DNA from: Candidatus Poriferisocius sp.
GTDB lineage: Bacteria > Actinomycetota > Acidimicrobiia > Acidimicrobiales > Bin134
Reading direction: 5' to 3'
DNA: 64,000 bases
Assembly: GCA_965221865.1 (NCBI GenBank)
Contig: OZ244918.1
Location: 1,702,816 to 1,766,815 of the forward strand
The translations under genes and the position numbers were made by a program. Positions 32,135 through 43,349 of the stretch are shown here, in pieces. The notes beneath the pieces were generated by a model, which saw only the letters and a list, made by a program, of their open reading frames with translations, searched no databases and had not been told where the DNA came from. The number at the start of each line of letters is the position of its first letter. The first letter of the stretch is position 1.

Positions 32135-32506
32135 GTGCCCACAATTCAGCAGTTGGTGCGTAAGGGACGCCAGTCAAAGTTCCGTAAGGAAAAGACACCA
32201 GCCCTACAGGGCGCGCCCCAAAGACGAGGGGTGTGTACACGTGTGTACACCACTACCCCTAAAAAACCTAACTCTGCATTACGCCGGGTAGCACGCGTGC
32301 GGCTTACTAGTGGGATGGAGGTTACTGCTTACATCCCTGGTGAAGGTCACAATCTGCAAGAGCACTCCATCGTTTTGGTGCGCGGTGGACGAGTTAGAGA
32401 TTTACCCGGAGTGCGTTACAAGGTAGTACGCGGTACCCTAGATACTTCTGGCGTGTCTGAACGTCGTCAAGCTCGTAGTCGCTACGGCGCAAAGAAAGAA
32501 GACTGA
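32135..32506 (+). CDS. rpsL: 30S ribosomal protein S12
   Basis: [11 protein letters not shown]...PKKPNSALR. Confidence 0.98.
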   Translation: MPTIQQLVRKGRQSKFRKEKTPALQGAPQRRGVCTRVYTTTPKKPNSALRRVARVRLTSGMEVTAYIPGEGHNLQEHSIVLVRGGRVRDLPGVRYKVVRGTLDTSGVSERRQARSRYGAKKED

Positions 32507-32508
32507 TC

Positions 32509-32979
32509 ATGTCACGGAAAGGTTCTACAGGTCGACGCAACCTGCCTCATGATCCAATTTATGACTCTTTGCTAGTCACGCAGTTTGTCAACAAGATATT
32601 GCAGCGCGGTAAGCGTTCCACTGCAGAGCGGATCGTGTACGGGGCGCTAGACATTGTTGAGCAGCGAACAAGCGCAGAGCCTGTGGGAACTCTGAAGCGG
32701 GCTTTAGATAACGTACGCCCGCAATTAGAGGTGCGCAGTCGTCGTGTTGGGGGGGCCACATATCAGGTACCTGTAGATGTGCGTCCGCGTCGCGCTAACA
32801 CTTTGGCTATTCGCTGGATTGTCAACAATGCTAGAGGCCGGCGGGAGCGCACTATGATGGATCGCCTCGCTAGCGAAATTTTAGATGCATCTAACGGACT
32901 TGGCGCGTCGGTTAAACGGCGCGAGGACATGCACAAGATGGCAGAGGCCAACCGAGCCTTCGCCCATTACCGCTGGTAA
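32509..32979 (+). CDS. rpsG: 30S ribosomal protein S7
   Basis: S7 motifs and synteny. Confidence 0.98.
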   Translation: MSRKGSTGRRNLPHDPIYDSLLVTQFVNKILQRGKRSTAERIVYGALDIVEQRTSAEPVGTLKRALDNVRPQLEVRSRRVGGATYQVPVDVRPRRANTLAIRWIVNNARGRRERTMMDRLASEILDASNGLGASVKRREDMHKMAEANRAFAHYRW

Positions 32980-33003
32980 GCGGTCTGACCTCCATTGAGT
33001 TAC

Positions 33004-35082
33004 ATGTCTCGCCACCCGTTGGAAAAAACCCGCAATATCGGCATCATGGCTCACATTGACGCGGGCAAAACTACTTGCACTGAGCGCATCTTGTACTACA
33101 CCGGCAAGGCTTACAAGCTAGGTGAGGTGCATGACGGTGCTGCCACTATGGACTGGATGGCCCAAGAACAAGAAAGAGGCATAACCATTACCTCCGCAGC
33201 TACAACTGCCGAGTGGGCTGGGCATCGCATCAACATTATTGATACGCCCGGGCACGTGGACTTCACCATGGAGGTGGAGCGCTCGTTGCGAGTCCTAGAC
33301 GGTGCTGTGGCCTTGTTTGATGGGGTAGCTGGGGTGGAGCCTCAGTCTGAAACGGTTTGGCGTCAAGCTAACAAGTACCAAGTGCCGCGGATCTGCTTTA
33401 TCAACAAACTAGACCGTACCGGCGCAAACTTTGAGCATGCCGTACTTACAATTAACGAACGGTTACGGGCCAATACTGCTGTGGTGCAGTTCCCAATCGG
33501 TATTGAAGCCGATTTGTTGGGAGTAGTGGATGTAGTAGAGATGCAAGGTCTGGTTTGGAGGGGTGATGATTTGGGATCTACTTGGGATGTCACGCCGATT
33601 CCAGATGAATTGCAAGAACAAGCTACGCAAGTTCGCCTAGAGCTAATCGACTTGTTGACTCGTTTTGATGAAACTTTGTTGGAGAAATACATCGAAGATG
33701 AGGAATCTATAACCCCCGCAGACTTAAGAGCTTCGCTTCGTGCTTGCACATTATCGTTAGATGTTGTGCCGGTGCTTTGTGGTTCGGCTTTTAAGAACAA
33801 AGGTGTGCAGCCGCTGTTAGATGCTGTGGTGGATTATTTGCCGTCGCCTATGGATATTCCCACCATTAAGGGTAGTTACAAGGGTCAAGAGTTAGAACGG
33901 CCTGCAGAAGACGATGCTCCGTTTAGCGCTTTAGCTTTCAAGATAATGAGCGACCCGCATGTGGGTAAGCTCACATATCTGCGTATTTACAGTGGGCAAC
34001 TAGAAAAGGGCGGTCAAGTGTTAAACCCCCGCACTGGCCGCAAAGAGCGCATAGGACGCATTTTGGAGATGCACGCTAACGACCGTGAAGATTTAGACAT
34101 AGTACGTTCTGGCGACATTGTTGCAGCTATTGGTTTTAAAGATGTGCGCACTGGCGACACTTTGACAGCTGTTGATCAGCCGATTGTTTTAGAGGAAATG
34201 GACTTTCCCGAACCAGTTATTCAAGTAGCAGTGGAGCCGCGCACCAAAGCAGATCAAGACAAGCTAGGCAAGGCCATGGCTGCTTTAGCCGAAGAAGATC
34301 CAACTTTCCAAGTTCGTACCGATGCTGAGACAGCGCAAACTCTTATTGCTGGAATGGGAGAATTGCATCTTGAAGTGCTAATCGACAGGATGTTGCGTGA
34401 GTTTAGCGTGGATGCCTCTGTTGGTAAACCGCAGGTAGCGTATCGTGAAACTCTTTCAGGGTCGGTTACTAAATATACTTACACCCACAAAAAACAAACT
34501 GGTGGTGCGGGGCAGTTTGCCGAGATAGTCTTTGATTTAGAACCTAACGAAGCAGGTAAAGGTTACGAGTTTTCTAGCGCCGTTACTGGTGGGCGTATTC
34601 CTAAAGAGTACATTCCTGCCGTGGATCATGGTATGAAAGATGCTATGACAACTGGGCCTTTGGCAGGATTTCCGATGGTAGACATTAAAGTCAAGTTGAC
34701 CGATGGCAAGCACCATGATGTTGACTCATCCGAAATGGCTTTCAAGGTGGCTGCTACTGCGGCTTTTCGCGAGGCATCCAAGCGAGCGAAGCCAGTTTTG
34801 TTGGAACCTATTATGGCGGTAGACGTAGTAACTCCCGAAGAGTATATGGGAGATGTTATTGGCGACCTGAATAGTCGGCGCGGCAAGATTGACAGCATGG
34901 AACAACGTGGGCGTGAGCAGATTGTTAAGGCTCATGTGCCACTTTCGGAAATGTTCGGGTACGCTACTGATTTACGTTCGCGCACTCAAGGTCGAGCAAC
35001 GTACACAATGCAGTTTGACACTTATCGGCAAGCTCCTGCCAAAGTGCAAGAAGAGATCGTAGCCCGAATTAGGGGCGAATAA
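33004..35082 (+). CDS. fusA: Elongation factor G
   Basis: [25 protein letters not shown] 33004 is preferred over TTG 32995. Confidence 0.97.
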   Translation: MSRHPLEKTRNIGIMAHIDAGKTTCTERILYYTGKAYKLGEVHDGAATMDWMAQEQERGITITSAATTAEWAGHRINIIDTPGHVDFTMEVERSLRVLDGAVALFDGVAGVEPQSETVWRQANKYQVPRICFINKLDRTGANFEHAVLTINERLRANTAVVQFPIGIEADLLGVVDVVEMQGLVWRGDDLGSTWDVTPIPDELQEQATQVRLELIDLLTRFDETLLEKYIEDEESITPADLRASLRACTLSLDVVPVLCGSAFKNKGVQPLLDAVVDYLPSPMDIPTIKGSYKGQELERPAEDDAPFSALAFKIMSDPHVGKLTYLRIYSGQLEKGGQVLNPRTGRKERIGRILEMHANDREDLDIVRSGDIVAAIGFKDVRTGDTLTAVDQPIVLEEMDFPEPVIQVAVEPRTKADQDKLGKAMAALAEEDPTFQVRTDAETAQTLIAGMGELHLEVLIDRMLREFSVDASVGKPQVAYRETLSGSVTKYTYTHKKQTGGAGQFAEIVFDLEPNEAGKGYEFSSAVTGGRIPKEYIPAVDHGMKDAMTTGPLAGFPMVDIKVKLTDGKHHDVDSSEMAFKVAATAAFREASKRAKPVLLEPIMAVDVVTPEEYMGDVIGDLNSRRGKIDSMEQRGREQIVKAHVPLSEMFGYATDLRSRTQGRATYTMQFDTYRQAPAKVQEEIVARIRGE

Positions 35083-35118
35083 TTTAGGTATATATAACCC
35101 ATTTGGGAAGGTTGAAAT

Positions 35119-36309
35119 ATGGCAAAAGAAACATTTGAGCGCAATAAGCCGCACTTGAACGTGGGCACGATGGGTCACATCGACCACGGCAAGACAACCT
35201 TAACAGCGGCTATCACGCGTGTGTTGTCGGAGGCTGATCCAACTAGCACGGAGTTCACCGCGTTTGACAACATTGATAAGGCTCCTGAAGAACGTGAGCG
35301 TGGTATTACTATCAATGTGGCGCATGTTGAGTATGAGACGTCTAACCGTCACTATGCACACGTAGACATGCCCGGCCACGCTGATTATATCAAAAACATG
35401 ATTACTGGTGCCGCTCAGGTTGATGGCGCAATCTTGGTTGTGTCTGCTGCAGACGGCCCGATGCCACAGACACGTGAGCACGTATTGCTAGCTCGTCAAG
35501 TAGGTGTGCCAGCAATTGTTGTCGCTCTTAACAAGGTAGATCAGGTGGATGACGAAGAGTTGCTAGAGCTAGTTGAGCTTGAGGTGCGTGAGCTGCTCAA
35601 CGAGTACGATTTCCCTGGTGACGACATTCCGATCGTCCCTGTGTCTGCGATTAAGGCTTTAGAAGGCGATTCAGGTGCTGCAGATCAGGTGAAAGCTCTT
35701 ATGGAAGCAGTTGACACTTATATTGAAGAGCCAGAGCGAGATGTGGATCGTCCTTTCTTGATGCCCATTGAGGATGTCTTTTCAATTACCGGTAGGGGAA
35801 CCGTTGTAACCGGTCGTGTAGAACAAGGCATTGTGAACAGTGGTGACAAGGTGGAGATTGTGGGCATCCGTGATACTGCTGAAACAGTTTGTACAGGTGT
35901 GGAGATGTTCCGCAAGCTGCTAGATGAGGGACGCGCCGGTGACAACATTGGTGCGTTGCTAAGAGGTACCGCTAAAGAAGAAGTGCAGCGTGGACAAGTG
36001 TTAGCGGCACCGGGTTCGATAACCCCTCACACTCACTTTGAGGCGCAGGTATACGTGCTTACTAAAGATGAGGGCGGTCGTCATAAGCCATTTTTTAGCA
36101 ACTACCGGCCTCAGTTTTATTTCCGTACAACAGATGTAACTGGTACTGTTGCTTTGCCTGATGGTACAGAAATGTGCATGCCCGGCGATAACACAGAGAT
36201 GACAATAGACTTGATTGCTCCGATTGCTATGGATGAAGGCTTGCGCTTTGCTATCCGTGAGGGTGGGCGTACTGTGGGTGCTGGCACTGTTACTAAGATT
36301 TTGAAGTAG
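35119..36309 (+). CDS. tuf: Elongation factor Tu
   Basis: [22 protein letters not shown]. Confidence 0.99.
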   Translation: MAKETFERNKPHLNVGTMGHIDHGKTTLTAAITRVLSEADPTSTEFTAFDNIDKAPEERERGITINVAHVEYETSNRHYAHVDMPGHADYIKNMITGAAQVDGAILVVSAADGPMPQTREHVLLARQVGVPAIVVALNKVDQVDDEELLELVELEVRELLNEYDFPGDDIPIVPVSAIKALEGDSGAADQVKALMEAVDTYIEEPERDVDRPFLMPIEDVFSITGRGTVVTGRVEQGIVNSGDKVEIVGIRDTAETVCTGVEMFRKLLDEGRAGDNIGALLRGTAKEEVQRGQVLAAPGSITPHTHFEAQVYVLTKDEGGRHKPFFSNYRPQFYFRTTDVTGTVALPDGTEMCMPGDNTEMTIDLIAPIAMDEGLRFAIREGGRTVGAGTVTKILK

Positions 36310-36314
36310 CACTC

Positions 36315-36635
36315 ATGCCCGTTGGACCAAAAATTCGCATTCGGTTGAAGGCTTACGATCACGAGATTATTGACCTATCCACCAAAAAGATCGTGGAAAC
36401 AGTTAAGCGCACTCAAGCAGATTTGCGAGGGCCTGTTCCTTTACCAACGGAAAAACATCGTTTCACGGTAATACGGTCTCCGCATAAGGACAAAGACAGT
36501 CGTGAACACTTTGAAATCCGCATACACAAGCGATTGTTGGACATCGTAAATCCTGGCGCAAAAACTGTGGATTCGCTTCAGCGGCTAGACCTGCCTGCAG
36601 GTGTGGATATAGAAATCAAACTGCAACACAGTTAA
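36315..36635 (+). CDS. rpsJ: 30S ribosomal protein S10
   Basis: [12 protein letters not shown], about 105 aa. Confidence 0.97.
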   Translation: MPVGPKIRIRLKAYDHEIIDLSTKKIVETVKRTQADLRGPVPLPTEKHRFTVIRSPHKDKDSREHFEIRIHKRLLDIVNPGAKTVDSLQRLDLPAGVDIEIKLQHS

Positions 36636-36676
36636 GGCATATCTAGGTTGCGGCTAGCTTGCCTTTAGCAGCTGAG

Positions 36677-37855
36677 ATGACAGTATCAGAATCTCAAGTA
36701 ATCCTATTAAGGGTTTCTGGTCCCGATCGCCCGGGCCTGTTTGCAGGGGTTTTAGGGGTGCTTATCGAGGGTAAAGCTCAAATTCAAGACGTTGAGCAAG
36801 TTGTTATTCGCCGTCAGCTCACACTGTGTCTGGTGCTTGAGGTTCCTAGGGGCCAAGATATTCTCAAAGACTTACTTTTGTTTGGCTGGGAAAACGATGT
36901 AGCTGTGGACTTTGAGGTGGTAGATCCCACCCCTTCAGCCAACTTGGGCGCTCACGCTGTGACTGTTTTAGGCCGTGAACTAACACCCGCGATGCTAGCT
37001 GCCACTGCTACTGCTATAGCTAACGGGCAAGGCAACATTAGGCGGATTGTAAGGCTATCGCGTCATCCCATTTACAGTTATGAGCTGTTGGTAGAGGGTG
37101 GTGATGGTGCTGTACTTCGTCAAAACCTTTTAGCGGTGGCGGGCGCTAACCATGAGTTTGATGTAGCCATCCAGCGGGAAGGGTTAGCCCGGCGCGCCAA
37201 GCGGGTAGCGGTGTTAGATGTGGATTCAACCTTGATTCAGGACGAGATGATCGACTTGTTGGCAGCTGAGGCTGGTTGCGTGAAGAAGTGTCAAACGTTG
37301 ACTGCACAAGCAATGCGTGGGGAGATTGATTTTGAGACTGCTCTGCGTGAACGGGTGCGCTTGTTGGCAGGCTTACAAGAAGCCGACTTAGATCGGGCTT
37401 GGGCACAGGTGAGGTTAACCCCAGGGGCACGAACTTTTTTGACCACCTTGAAGCGCTTAGGGTTTGCGGTGGCCATCGTAAGCGGCGGTTTCACACGATT
37501 TTGCAATCGCCTCAAAGAAGAGTTCGAACTCGATCATGCTTATGCCAACGTCTTAGAGATGGTAGACGGACGGCTTACTGGCAACTTAGAGGGGACTATA
37601 GTAGATCGACCCCGCAAAGCCGACTTACTAAAGCAGATTGCAGCTAGTGAAGGTGTTTCGCCTGAGCAGGTTGTTGCAGTGGGAGACGGTGCCAACGATA
37701 TAGATATGCTTACTGTAGCTGGGTTGGGCATAGCATTTAATGCTAAGCCTAAGGTGCGCGAAGCAATAGAAACAGCTGTGAACGTGCCGCATCTAGATGC
37801 TATTTTGTTTTTGCTGGGGGTTAGTCGCCAAGAACTAGAGGCCGAGGGCATCTAA
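36677..37855 (+). CDS. serB: Phosphoserine phosphatase SerB with N-terminal ACT domains
   Basis: HAD motifs VLDVDSTLI and GDGANDIDM, with ACT-like N-terminal repeats. ATG 36677 is preferred over TTG 36659. Confidence 0.85.
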   Translation: MTVSESQVILLRVSGPDRPGLFAGVLGVLIEGKAQIQDVEQVVIRRQLTLCLVLEVPRGQDILKDLLLFGWENDVAVDFEVVDPTPSANLGAHAVTVLGRELTPAMLAATATAIANGQGNIRRIVRLSRHPIYSYELLVEGGDGAVLRQNLLAVAGANHEFDVAIQREGLARRAKRVAVLDVDSTLIQDEMIDLLAAEAGCVKKCQTLTAQAMRGEIDFETALRERVRLLAGLQEADLDRAWAQVRLTPGARTFLTTLKRLGFAVAIVSGGFTRFCNRLKEEFELDHAYANVLEMVDGRLTGNLEGTIVDRPRKADLLKQIAASEGVSPEQVVAVGDGANDIDMLTVAGLGIAFNAKPKVREAIETAVNVPHLDAILFLLGVSRQELEAEGI

Positions 37856-37865
37856 ACCGGCCTGT

Positions 37866-38771
37866 TTAGTCACCTTGTTCGCGTAGGAAATCTTCGATCT
37901 GAGTCACAAGTGTGCTGGGGTCTGCGGTACGCATTTGTTCTAGGTTTTTATTTTCGGCAACGGCCTCGTCGTAGTTTGCTTCAAGCGTTGCTAAGTATTC
38001 GGCAGTGTCATCAGATTGCGGGATTAGGTTGGATACGCGTTTTTCATAGTTTTTGGCTAGTTTCTTAAGTTCTGCTGTGTTAGGTGTTATGTCTAAAATC
38101 CTGCACAAGTTTTCAATAAGGCCGAGAGATGCTTTTGGGGAAGGAACTTCGGAAGCATATCCGGGCACTGCAGCCCATAGCGAAGCTGTTTGCAGACCTG
38201 CTTCTACACAGGCACTGTTGAGGACTCCCACAATGCCGGTAGGTCCTTCGTAGCTAGATCTTGGCAGGCTTAGTTGTTCGGCCAGTTTTGCGTCTGGGCT
38301 GCTGCCGTAGATTACCGAGGGTCGAGTGTGAGGTATGTCGGCCAATAGTGATCCTAGCGTTATTATCAGTGGGCTGTTGATGCGTCGTGCCATTGTGATG
38401 ATCTCTTGAGTGTATGTACGCCACTTGAACTGTGGTTCGGTGCCAACCAATATGGCTAGATCGGTGTAAGACAGGTTGTGCGGCTTGTCAGCTTGAGGTA
38501 TTTTGCAAATCAAGGTGGCGGCTATGAGATTGTTATTAGGCCAGCTTAGGTAGCGGGAGCCGTCTTTATTTAGGTGAATAAGAGGGCGTGTTTCACTGAA
38601 ATCGTAAAATGGTTCTGGATCAAGAGTAGCGAGTAGTTTTGCTTTACACCGTTTGGTTAACCAGTTGAGGGCGCTTGATGCAGCATCTCCAGCATCATTC
38701 CAGCCGGTAAATGCCACTAGAAGGGTTGGTTGAGTTTGGTTCGGGTTTTTTAGCCAAGTGATTTTGCTCAC
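37866..38771 (-). CDS. PAC2 (proteasome assembly chaperone 2-like) family protein
   Basis: LLVAFTGWNDAGDAAS motif, about 300 aa. Confidence 0.8.
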   Translation of the reverse strand: MSKITWLKNPNQTQPTLLVAFTGWNDAGDAASSALNWLTKRCKAKLLATLDPEPFYDFSETRPLIHLNKDGSRYLSWPNNNLIAATLICKIPQADKPHNLSYTDLAILVGTEPQFKWRTYTQEIITMARRINSPLIITLGSLLADIPHTRPSVIYGSSPDAKLAEQLSLPRSSYEGPTGIVGVLNSACVEAGLQTASLWAAVPGYASEVPSPKASLGLIENLCRILDITPNTAELKKLAKNYEKRVSNLIPQSDDTAEYLATLEANYDEAVAENKNLEQMRTADPSTLVTQIEDFLREQGD

Positions 38772-38848
38772 CGTTTCAACCTACCGTTTTTTCTAAGATT
38801 AACTGTTGTCGCACCGCTAGTCTTTGTTTATTCGGTTAGTCTCATCAT

Positions 38849-39280
38849 GTGCAAGTTACGATTGTTGAGGTTACAGAGGTAAGTGCAGAACTGTTGAGCG
38901 CGTTTGAGCGGCTCACACCTCAACTGTCGTCATCGAATCCACCGCCTGATGTGAGGGCATTGCAAGAAATTGTTGAGTCTGGGTGTACTCGTTTACTGCT
39001 AGCCCATTTAGATGGTGTCATTGTTGGCAGTCTGACCTTAGTGCTGGTGCGTATTCCCACTGGTCTGCGAGCCATCATTGAGGACGTTGTGGTAGACGAG
39101 CATTACCGTAGCCAAGGTATAGGTGGTGCCCTTAGCAAGCATGCTTTAGAGTTAGCACGTTCTGTGGGTGCAGTAACCGTAGACCTCACCTCGCGGCCTT
39201 CGCGCGAAGCCGCCAATCGCCTTTACCGCAGCCTCGGTTTCAAAGCACGCGACACCAATGTTTACCGCTACGAGCTTTAG
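38849..39280 (+). CDS. GNAT family N-acetyltransferase
   Basis: Acetyl-CoA motif YRSQGIGGAL and ..A..LY..LGF. Confidence 0.8.
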   Translation: MQVTIVEVTEVSAELLSAFERLTPQLSSSNPPPDVRALQEIVESGCTRLLLAHLDGVIVGSLTLVLVRIPTGLRAIIEDVVVDEHYRSQGIGGALSKHALELARSVGAVTVDLTSRPSREAANRLYRSLGFKARDTNVYRYEL

Positions 39281-39308
39281 TTGGGGGCTGTCACTTAGTG
39301 CGTGATTT

Positions 39309-40262
39309 TTATTGTGCAGGTACCGCTAGCGGGCTTACACGTCTAATGAATGCTTTACCAAGGTGGTTTTCAACAATCTTCACTGTTCCTGTGTGATTCA
39401 TCAAGTGGTTTATGGCATGATGTACGCTGAGAATCAGATCTTGAAGTCGGTCGTCTTCTTCAAGATCAACAACCTTTAGTCCCAAGTTTTTGAGCTGTGC
39501 CTTGCCGAGGCGCCGATTATGACTCATGTATTGATCATAGTTTGAAAGGGCTTTTGCAACCTCTTTCGCTTTGGCTGTGGCATTATCTGATGATGAAAAC
39601 ATGTATTTTGCAAGCCAATCAGCCACCATTGATACGGCTAGGCGTTCGGCATTGTCACAAATCTGTAGTAGCGCCGGTGATAATCCCCGGATGATGGGAA
39701 GCCACGCTGCCATGTGGTTAGGATTTTTTCGCAGGTCCTCGATTGCATCTTGAAACTGTTTTCGTATTGCGGCTGCTGGTGCTGTTCTCGGACCCTCTGG
39801 TGTTGCTATAGTAAGTTGGGGGTCAATCGGACCTAACTGAGAGTGATCCCCTAGCATTATTTCATCGGCGGCCATCGCCATCATAGTCGCAGCTGACATA
39901 GCAGCAATGGGTACAATTACTTGGAGTCCTGGAAATCTCCCACGCAGATACTCAACTATTGACTCGGCCGCTTCTGCGGTGCCTCCCGGTGAGTGAAGAA
40001 TCAGGTCTAATGGCTTTTTGGGGTCGAGTCCGTGTACAACTTCCATGAATGCGCCAACATCTGGATCGAGGGATATTTGGATGCTGTCGGGAGTTGCTCC
40101 TAGTGGAGGAGCAAAACCTGCAGTTTCGTAGAGAATTATCGATCTACCGGTATATGCGAATAGTTCTCGCAAGTATCGACGACGTACTCCATCAAAATCT
40201 ACAGGTCCGTCCTCTGTACGGCTAGCGAGTAATTCTCTTTCGACTTCACCCCAGGTTGCCAC
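39309..40262 (-). CDS. SDH-family Clp-fold serine protease (SppA/ClpP-like)
   Basis: LILHSPGGTAEAAE....L......V.VP..AMSAATMMA.AADEI.....S.LGPIDPQ. Confidence 0.7.
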   Translation of the reverse strand: MATWGEVERELLASRTEDGPVDFDGVRRRYLRELFAYTGRSIILYETAGFAPPLGATPDSIQISLDPDVGAFMEVVHGLDPKKPLDLILHSPGGTAEAAESIVEYLRGRFPGLQVIVPIAAMSAATMMAMAADEIMLGDHSQLGPIDPQLTIATPEGPRTAPAAAIRKQFQDAIEDLRKNPNHMAAWLPIIRGLSPALLQICDNAERLAVSMVADWLAKYMFSSSDNATAKAKEVAKALSNYDQYMSHNRRLGKAQLKNLGLKVVDLEEDDRLQDLILSVHHAINHLMNHTGTVKIVENHLGKAFIRRVSPLAVPAQ

Positions 40263-40271
40263 CAGATAATT

Positions 40272-40481
40272 CTATGTGGCGGGCATGTATTTTCCAGCTG
40301 ATGATGTAGAGGAGATAGTTATTGTAGAACTTATCTGACTTTGTGCAGCAGAATAGGCAGCCATAGCTGCTTCGTATAGCTGCAAGACCTCAATTACTCC
40401 GGGTGAAGTCTCGAGGTCTTTAAATGATACTTCAGCAATGTCTCTGCTGATTGCATCTTTCTTGTCGGTGTAACTAGGCAT
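40272..40481 (-). CDS. Small hypothetical protein (69 aa) upstream of the Clp-fold protease
   Basis: ATG 40481 is preceded by AGGAGA. The longer ORF-track start would overlap the oppF-like gene. Confidence 0.45.
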   Translation of the reverse strand: MPSYTDKKDAISRDIAEVSFKDLETSPGVIEVLQLYEAAMAAYSAAQSQISSTITISSTSSAGKYMPAT

Positions 40482-40587
40482 TGTTTCTCTCCTATAAGAC
40501 AGACTGTAGCGCTTGTTGTATTCACCGCTGGGCTCACGTACTTGGCTCATCTTGTCGAAAGAGGTATGGGTAGGGTTATGGACATTG

Positions 40588-41589
40588 CTATACATTCACG
40601 GGGACTTCGTTGGGAAAGTGGCAGGCAACAAAGTGGTCGGGGGCGACTTCTCGAAGTTCGGGCTCGTCGGTTGCACAAACATCTTGCACCTTTTCGCAGC
40701 GAGTGCGGAAACGACATCCCGAAGGTGGGCTTATGGGTGACGGTAACTCTCCAGTGATTTGGCGGTCTGGTATTGGTTGTTCAGGATCAGGCTCAGGTAT
40801 GGATGCCAGCAGTACTTCGGTGTAGGGATGAGATTGATATCCGTAGAGGCTGTCGGGATTGGCTACCTCACATATTTTTCCGAGGTACATCACAACTACT
40901 CTGTCGGACACGTTTTTGACAACAGCTAAGTCGTGGGCGATAAACACCAAAGTGAGCTTGTAGCGTTCTTTCATGTCCTCTAAAAGATTCAATATCTGTG
41001 CTTGCACCGATACATCTAACGCTGATACAGGCTCATCGCAGATAATCATTTTGGGGTCTAGTACGAGAGCTCGAGCAATGCAGATACGCTGACATTGTCC
41101 CCCAGAAAACTGATGCGGTTTGCGGTCTGCAACAGCTCTAGGGTCTAGCCCAACAGCTGCGAGCATCTCTTGTACTTTTTGCTCTGCGGTGTCTCCAGAA
41201 TCGTTATGCCAGATAGACAGCCCTTCAGCCACAATGTCATGTACGTTGCGACGAGGATTGAGTGAGGAAATTGGATCTTGGAATATCATCTGCATACGGG
41301 TACGACTATGGCGCAACTCTTGTTTGGAAAGCTTGGTCATTTCTGTGCCGTCAAACATCACCGAACCTGACGTGGGGGGAGGCAGTTGCATGATGGCTCG
41401 TCCAGTGGTGGATTTACCACAGCCAGATTCCCCTACTACTCCCAGAGTTTCACCTTCAAACACATCAAAGCTGATGTTAGAAACAGCGTGTACTATTTTT
41501 TTACGACCAGCAGGAAATTCCACGGTGAGGTTTTTTACTGACAACAGCGCATCGCTGCCTCTCAGGTGAACTGTTCCAGTACCAGCCAT
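40588..41589 (-). CDS. Oligopeptide/dipeptide ABC transporter ATP-binding protein (OppF/DppF-like)
   Basis: Walker A GESGCGKST, LSGGQCQR, and a C-terminal Cys-rich oligo_HPY tail. ATG 41589 is preferred over TTG 41631. Confidence 0.85.
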   Translation of the reverse strand: MAGTGTVHLRGSDALLSVKNLTVEFPAGRKKIVHAVSNISFDVFEGETLGVVGESGCGKSTTGRAIMQLPPPTSGSVMFDGTEMTKLSKQELRHSRTRMQMIFQDPISSLNPRRNVHDIVAEGLSIWHNDSGDTAEQKVQEMLAAVGLDPRAVADRKPHQFSGGQCQRICIARALVLDPKMIICDEPVSALDVSVQAQILNLLEDMKERYKLTLVFIAHDLAVVKNVSDRVVVMYLGKICEVANPDSLYGYQSHPYTEVLLASIPEPDPEQPIPDRQITGELPSPISPPSGCRFRTRCEKVQDVCATDEPELREVAPDHFVACHFPNEVPVNV

Positions 41590-41614
41590 TGCTTTGTGAT
41601 CCTTTGGCTTATTT

Positions 41615-42694
41615 TTAGCTAGATTTTGCAACCGCTGCTGCGGTCAGATCTAGCCCAGCAGCGGTTACTCCTGCTGTTTGGTTATGGATGTCGGCCTGTT
41701 GGTTTTCAGGTGACCCTACAGGGAACAAGCAGGCTTGGTGGTGCCCAACTCTGCTGGTTTCAAATAAGACAGGCTCATCGGTTAAGCACTGGGTTTGAGC
41801 ATAGCGACAGCGTGGGGCAAAGCGGCATCCCACAAACTTTCGGGTCATATCGGGTGGTCGCCCGCTGATAGCCGAGAGCCTTGTGTGGCTTTGGTCTTCC
41901 ATGCGGGGTATAGATTTGAAAAGCGCCTGTGTGTAAGGATGGTTCATGTTGGCGAACAAAGTGTGGGTGTCGGCAGTTTCAACCATCCTGCCCGCGTACA
42001 TAACACCAATGCGTTGCGCTCGGCCAGCAACCACACCTAAATCATGGGTAATCAAGATCATGGCCATATCTAATTCTTGCTGAATAGACGACAGCAAGTC
42101 TAGAATTTGTTTTTGAACGGTCACATCAAGCGCAGTTGTAGGCTCATCTGCGATCAGCAGCTTGGGGTTGCAGGCCAGAGCAATGGCGATGGTAACCCGT
42201 TGGCGCATACCTCCTGAAAGCTGATGCGGATATTCTCCTAATCTTTTGCGAGGTTCGGGAATACCTACTTGCACCATAAGTTCTAAAGCTCGTTGTGTGG
42301 CTTTTTGCTTAGACATTTTTAAGTGAAAGCGTAAGGATTCGGTAATTTGAACTCCGATTTTTTTCACCGGGTTTAGTGAAGTCATTGGGTCTTGAAAGAC
42401 CATTGCCATCTGCGTACCCCAAAAGTGTTTGGCTTCTGCACGGTTTAGCTGCGAGATGTCCTGACCATCAAAATACACTTTAGAAGATTCGGGTACTATG
42501 GCGTTAGTTGTCAAAATGTTCATGATAGACCGCACCAGAACGGACTTGCCAGAACCTGATTCACCTACGATCCCAATCGTTTCACCTTTGTTCAAAGAGA
42601 AACTCACTCCATCTACGGCCTTGAGTATGCCGCGAGGCGTGTTAAAGTAGGTTTTAAGGTTATTAATCTCTAATAGAGGTTGGTCGCCTGGCAT
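41615..42694 (-). CDS. Oligopeptide/dipeptide ABC transporter ATP-binding protein (OppD/DppD-like)
   Basis: [29 protein letters not shown]. Confidence 0.88.
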   Translation of the reverse strand: MPGDQPLLEINNLKTYFNTPRGILKAVDGVSFSLNKGETIGIVGESGSGKSVLVRSIMNILTTNAIVPESSKVYFDGQDISQLNRAEAKHFWGTQMAMVFQDPMTSLNPVKKIGVQITESLRFHLKMSKQKATQRALELMVQVGIPEPRKRLGEYPHQLSGGMRQRVTIAIALACNPKLLIADEPTTALDVTVQKQILDLLSSIQQELDMAMILITHDLGVVAGRAQRIGVMYAGRMVETADTHTLFANMNHPYTQALFKSIPRMEDQSHTRLSAISGRPPDMTRKFVGCRFAPRCRYAQTQCLTDEPVLFETSRVGHHQACLFPVGSPENQQADIHNQTAGVTAAGLDLTAAAVAKSS

Positions 42695-42737
42695 TTATGT
42701 CTCCATTTTCGCAGCAACACAACTGCCCAACCCGTGT

Positions 42738-43349
42738 TTAGCTAAGTCGTGATTGTTTGCGTGCTGCTGGCGCTGGATCCTCATCATCGGACTCCTCTTT
42801 GTCGCGATCATAAACGATTACCGTAGTACCAGCTAGCCAATCTGACAATGTGCGGCGACGTTTATCAAACGGTGATGTCAGGTAGTTGGCTGCATTTATC
42901 AGCAAACCGCCTAGCACAACTGGGGGTACAATCCAGCTAGCACCGCCCAACAACCAGTGCAAACCACAGCGTCCTAAGCTCATATGGCTGCCATCTGCTG
43001 TGCGAACTGCCCGCAGTTTCATGAAGTCCATAGCTGGAGTTTGGCCTTCGTTCCAGCGAAGAAACACCACCGTATATATCAAGTGCAAAAAAATATAGAC
43101 CAAAATGGCAGCACTGTAGCGTCCCCAGGGTTCTGGTTGCCACCGGGTAGAAACGCTGTCCATAAATCCCAGCACCTGAACAATCGTTAACATCCACTGT
43201 AAAAAAAACACTGTAAAAGCATCAATGAGGCGCGCTAGGGCTTTACGCCAGACTGGGGCAACAGGATAGGAAATCCCCTGTGGGCCGCTGACCAATAGCA
43301 CGCTTTCAGATATTTGAGGTGCTTGAGAAGATGTGCTGGTAATAGTCAC
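42738..43349 (-). CDS. RDD family membrane protein
   Basis: R..A.LID motif plus TM helices. Confidence 0.6.
   Translation of the reverse strand: MTITSTSSQAPQISESVLLVSGPQGISYPVAPVWRKALARLIDAFTVFFLQWMLTIVQVLGFMDSVSTRWQPEPWGRYSAAILVYIFLHLIYTVVFLRWNEGQTPAMDFMKLRAVRTADGSHMSLGRCGLHWLLGGASWIVPPVVLGGLLINAANYLTSPFDKRRRTLSDWLAGTTVIVYDRDKEESDDEDPAPAARKQSRLS

Noticed and set aside
32995-33003. TTG 32995 as the fusA start, and likewise 10360 for vapC, 11865 for the ABC ATPase, 36659 for serB, 40595 for the small ORF, and 41631 for oppF
   Set aside because: Downstream ATG codons give N-termini matching the family consensus and avoid overlaps. They have better SD spacing where one is visible. The longer versions remain possible.
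24577-36362. Many 60-180 aa antisense or off-frame ORFs inside rpoB, rpoC, fusA, tuf and rpsJ
   Set aside because: They are fully contained within genes that have unambiguous full-length homology, and there are no independent signals for them.
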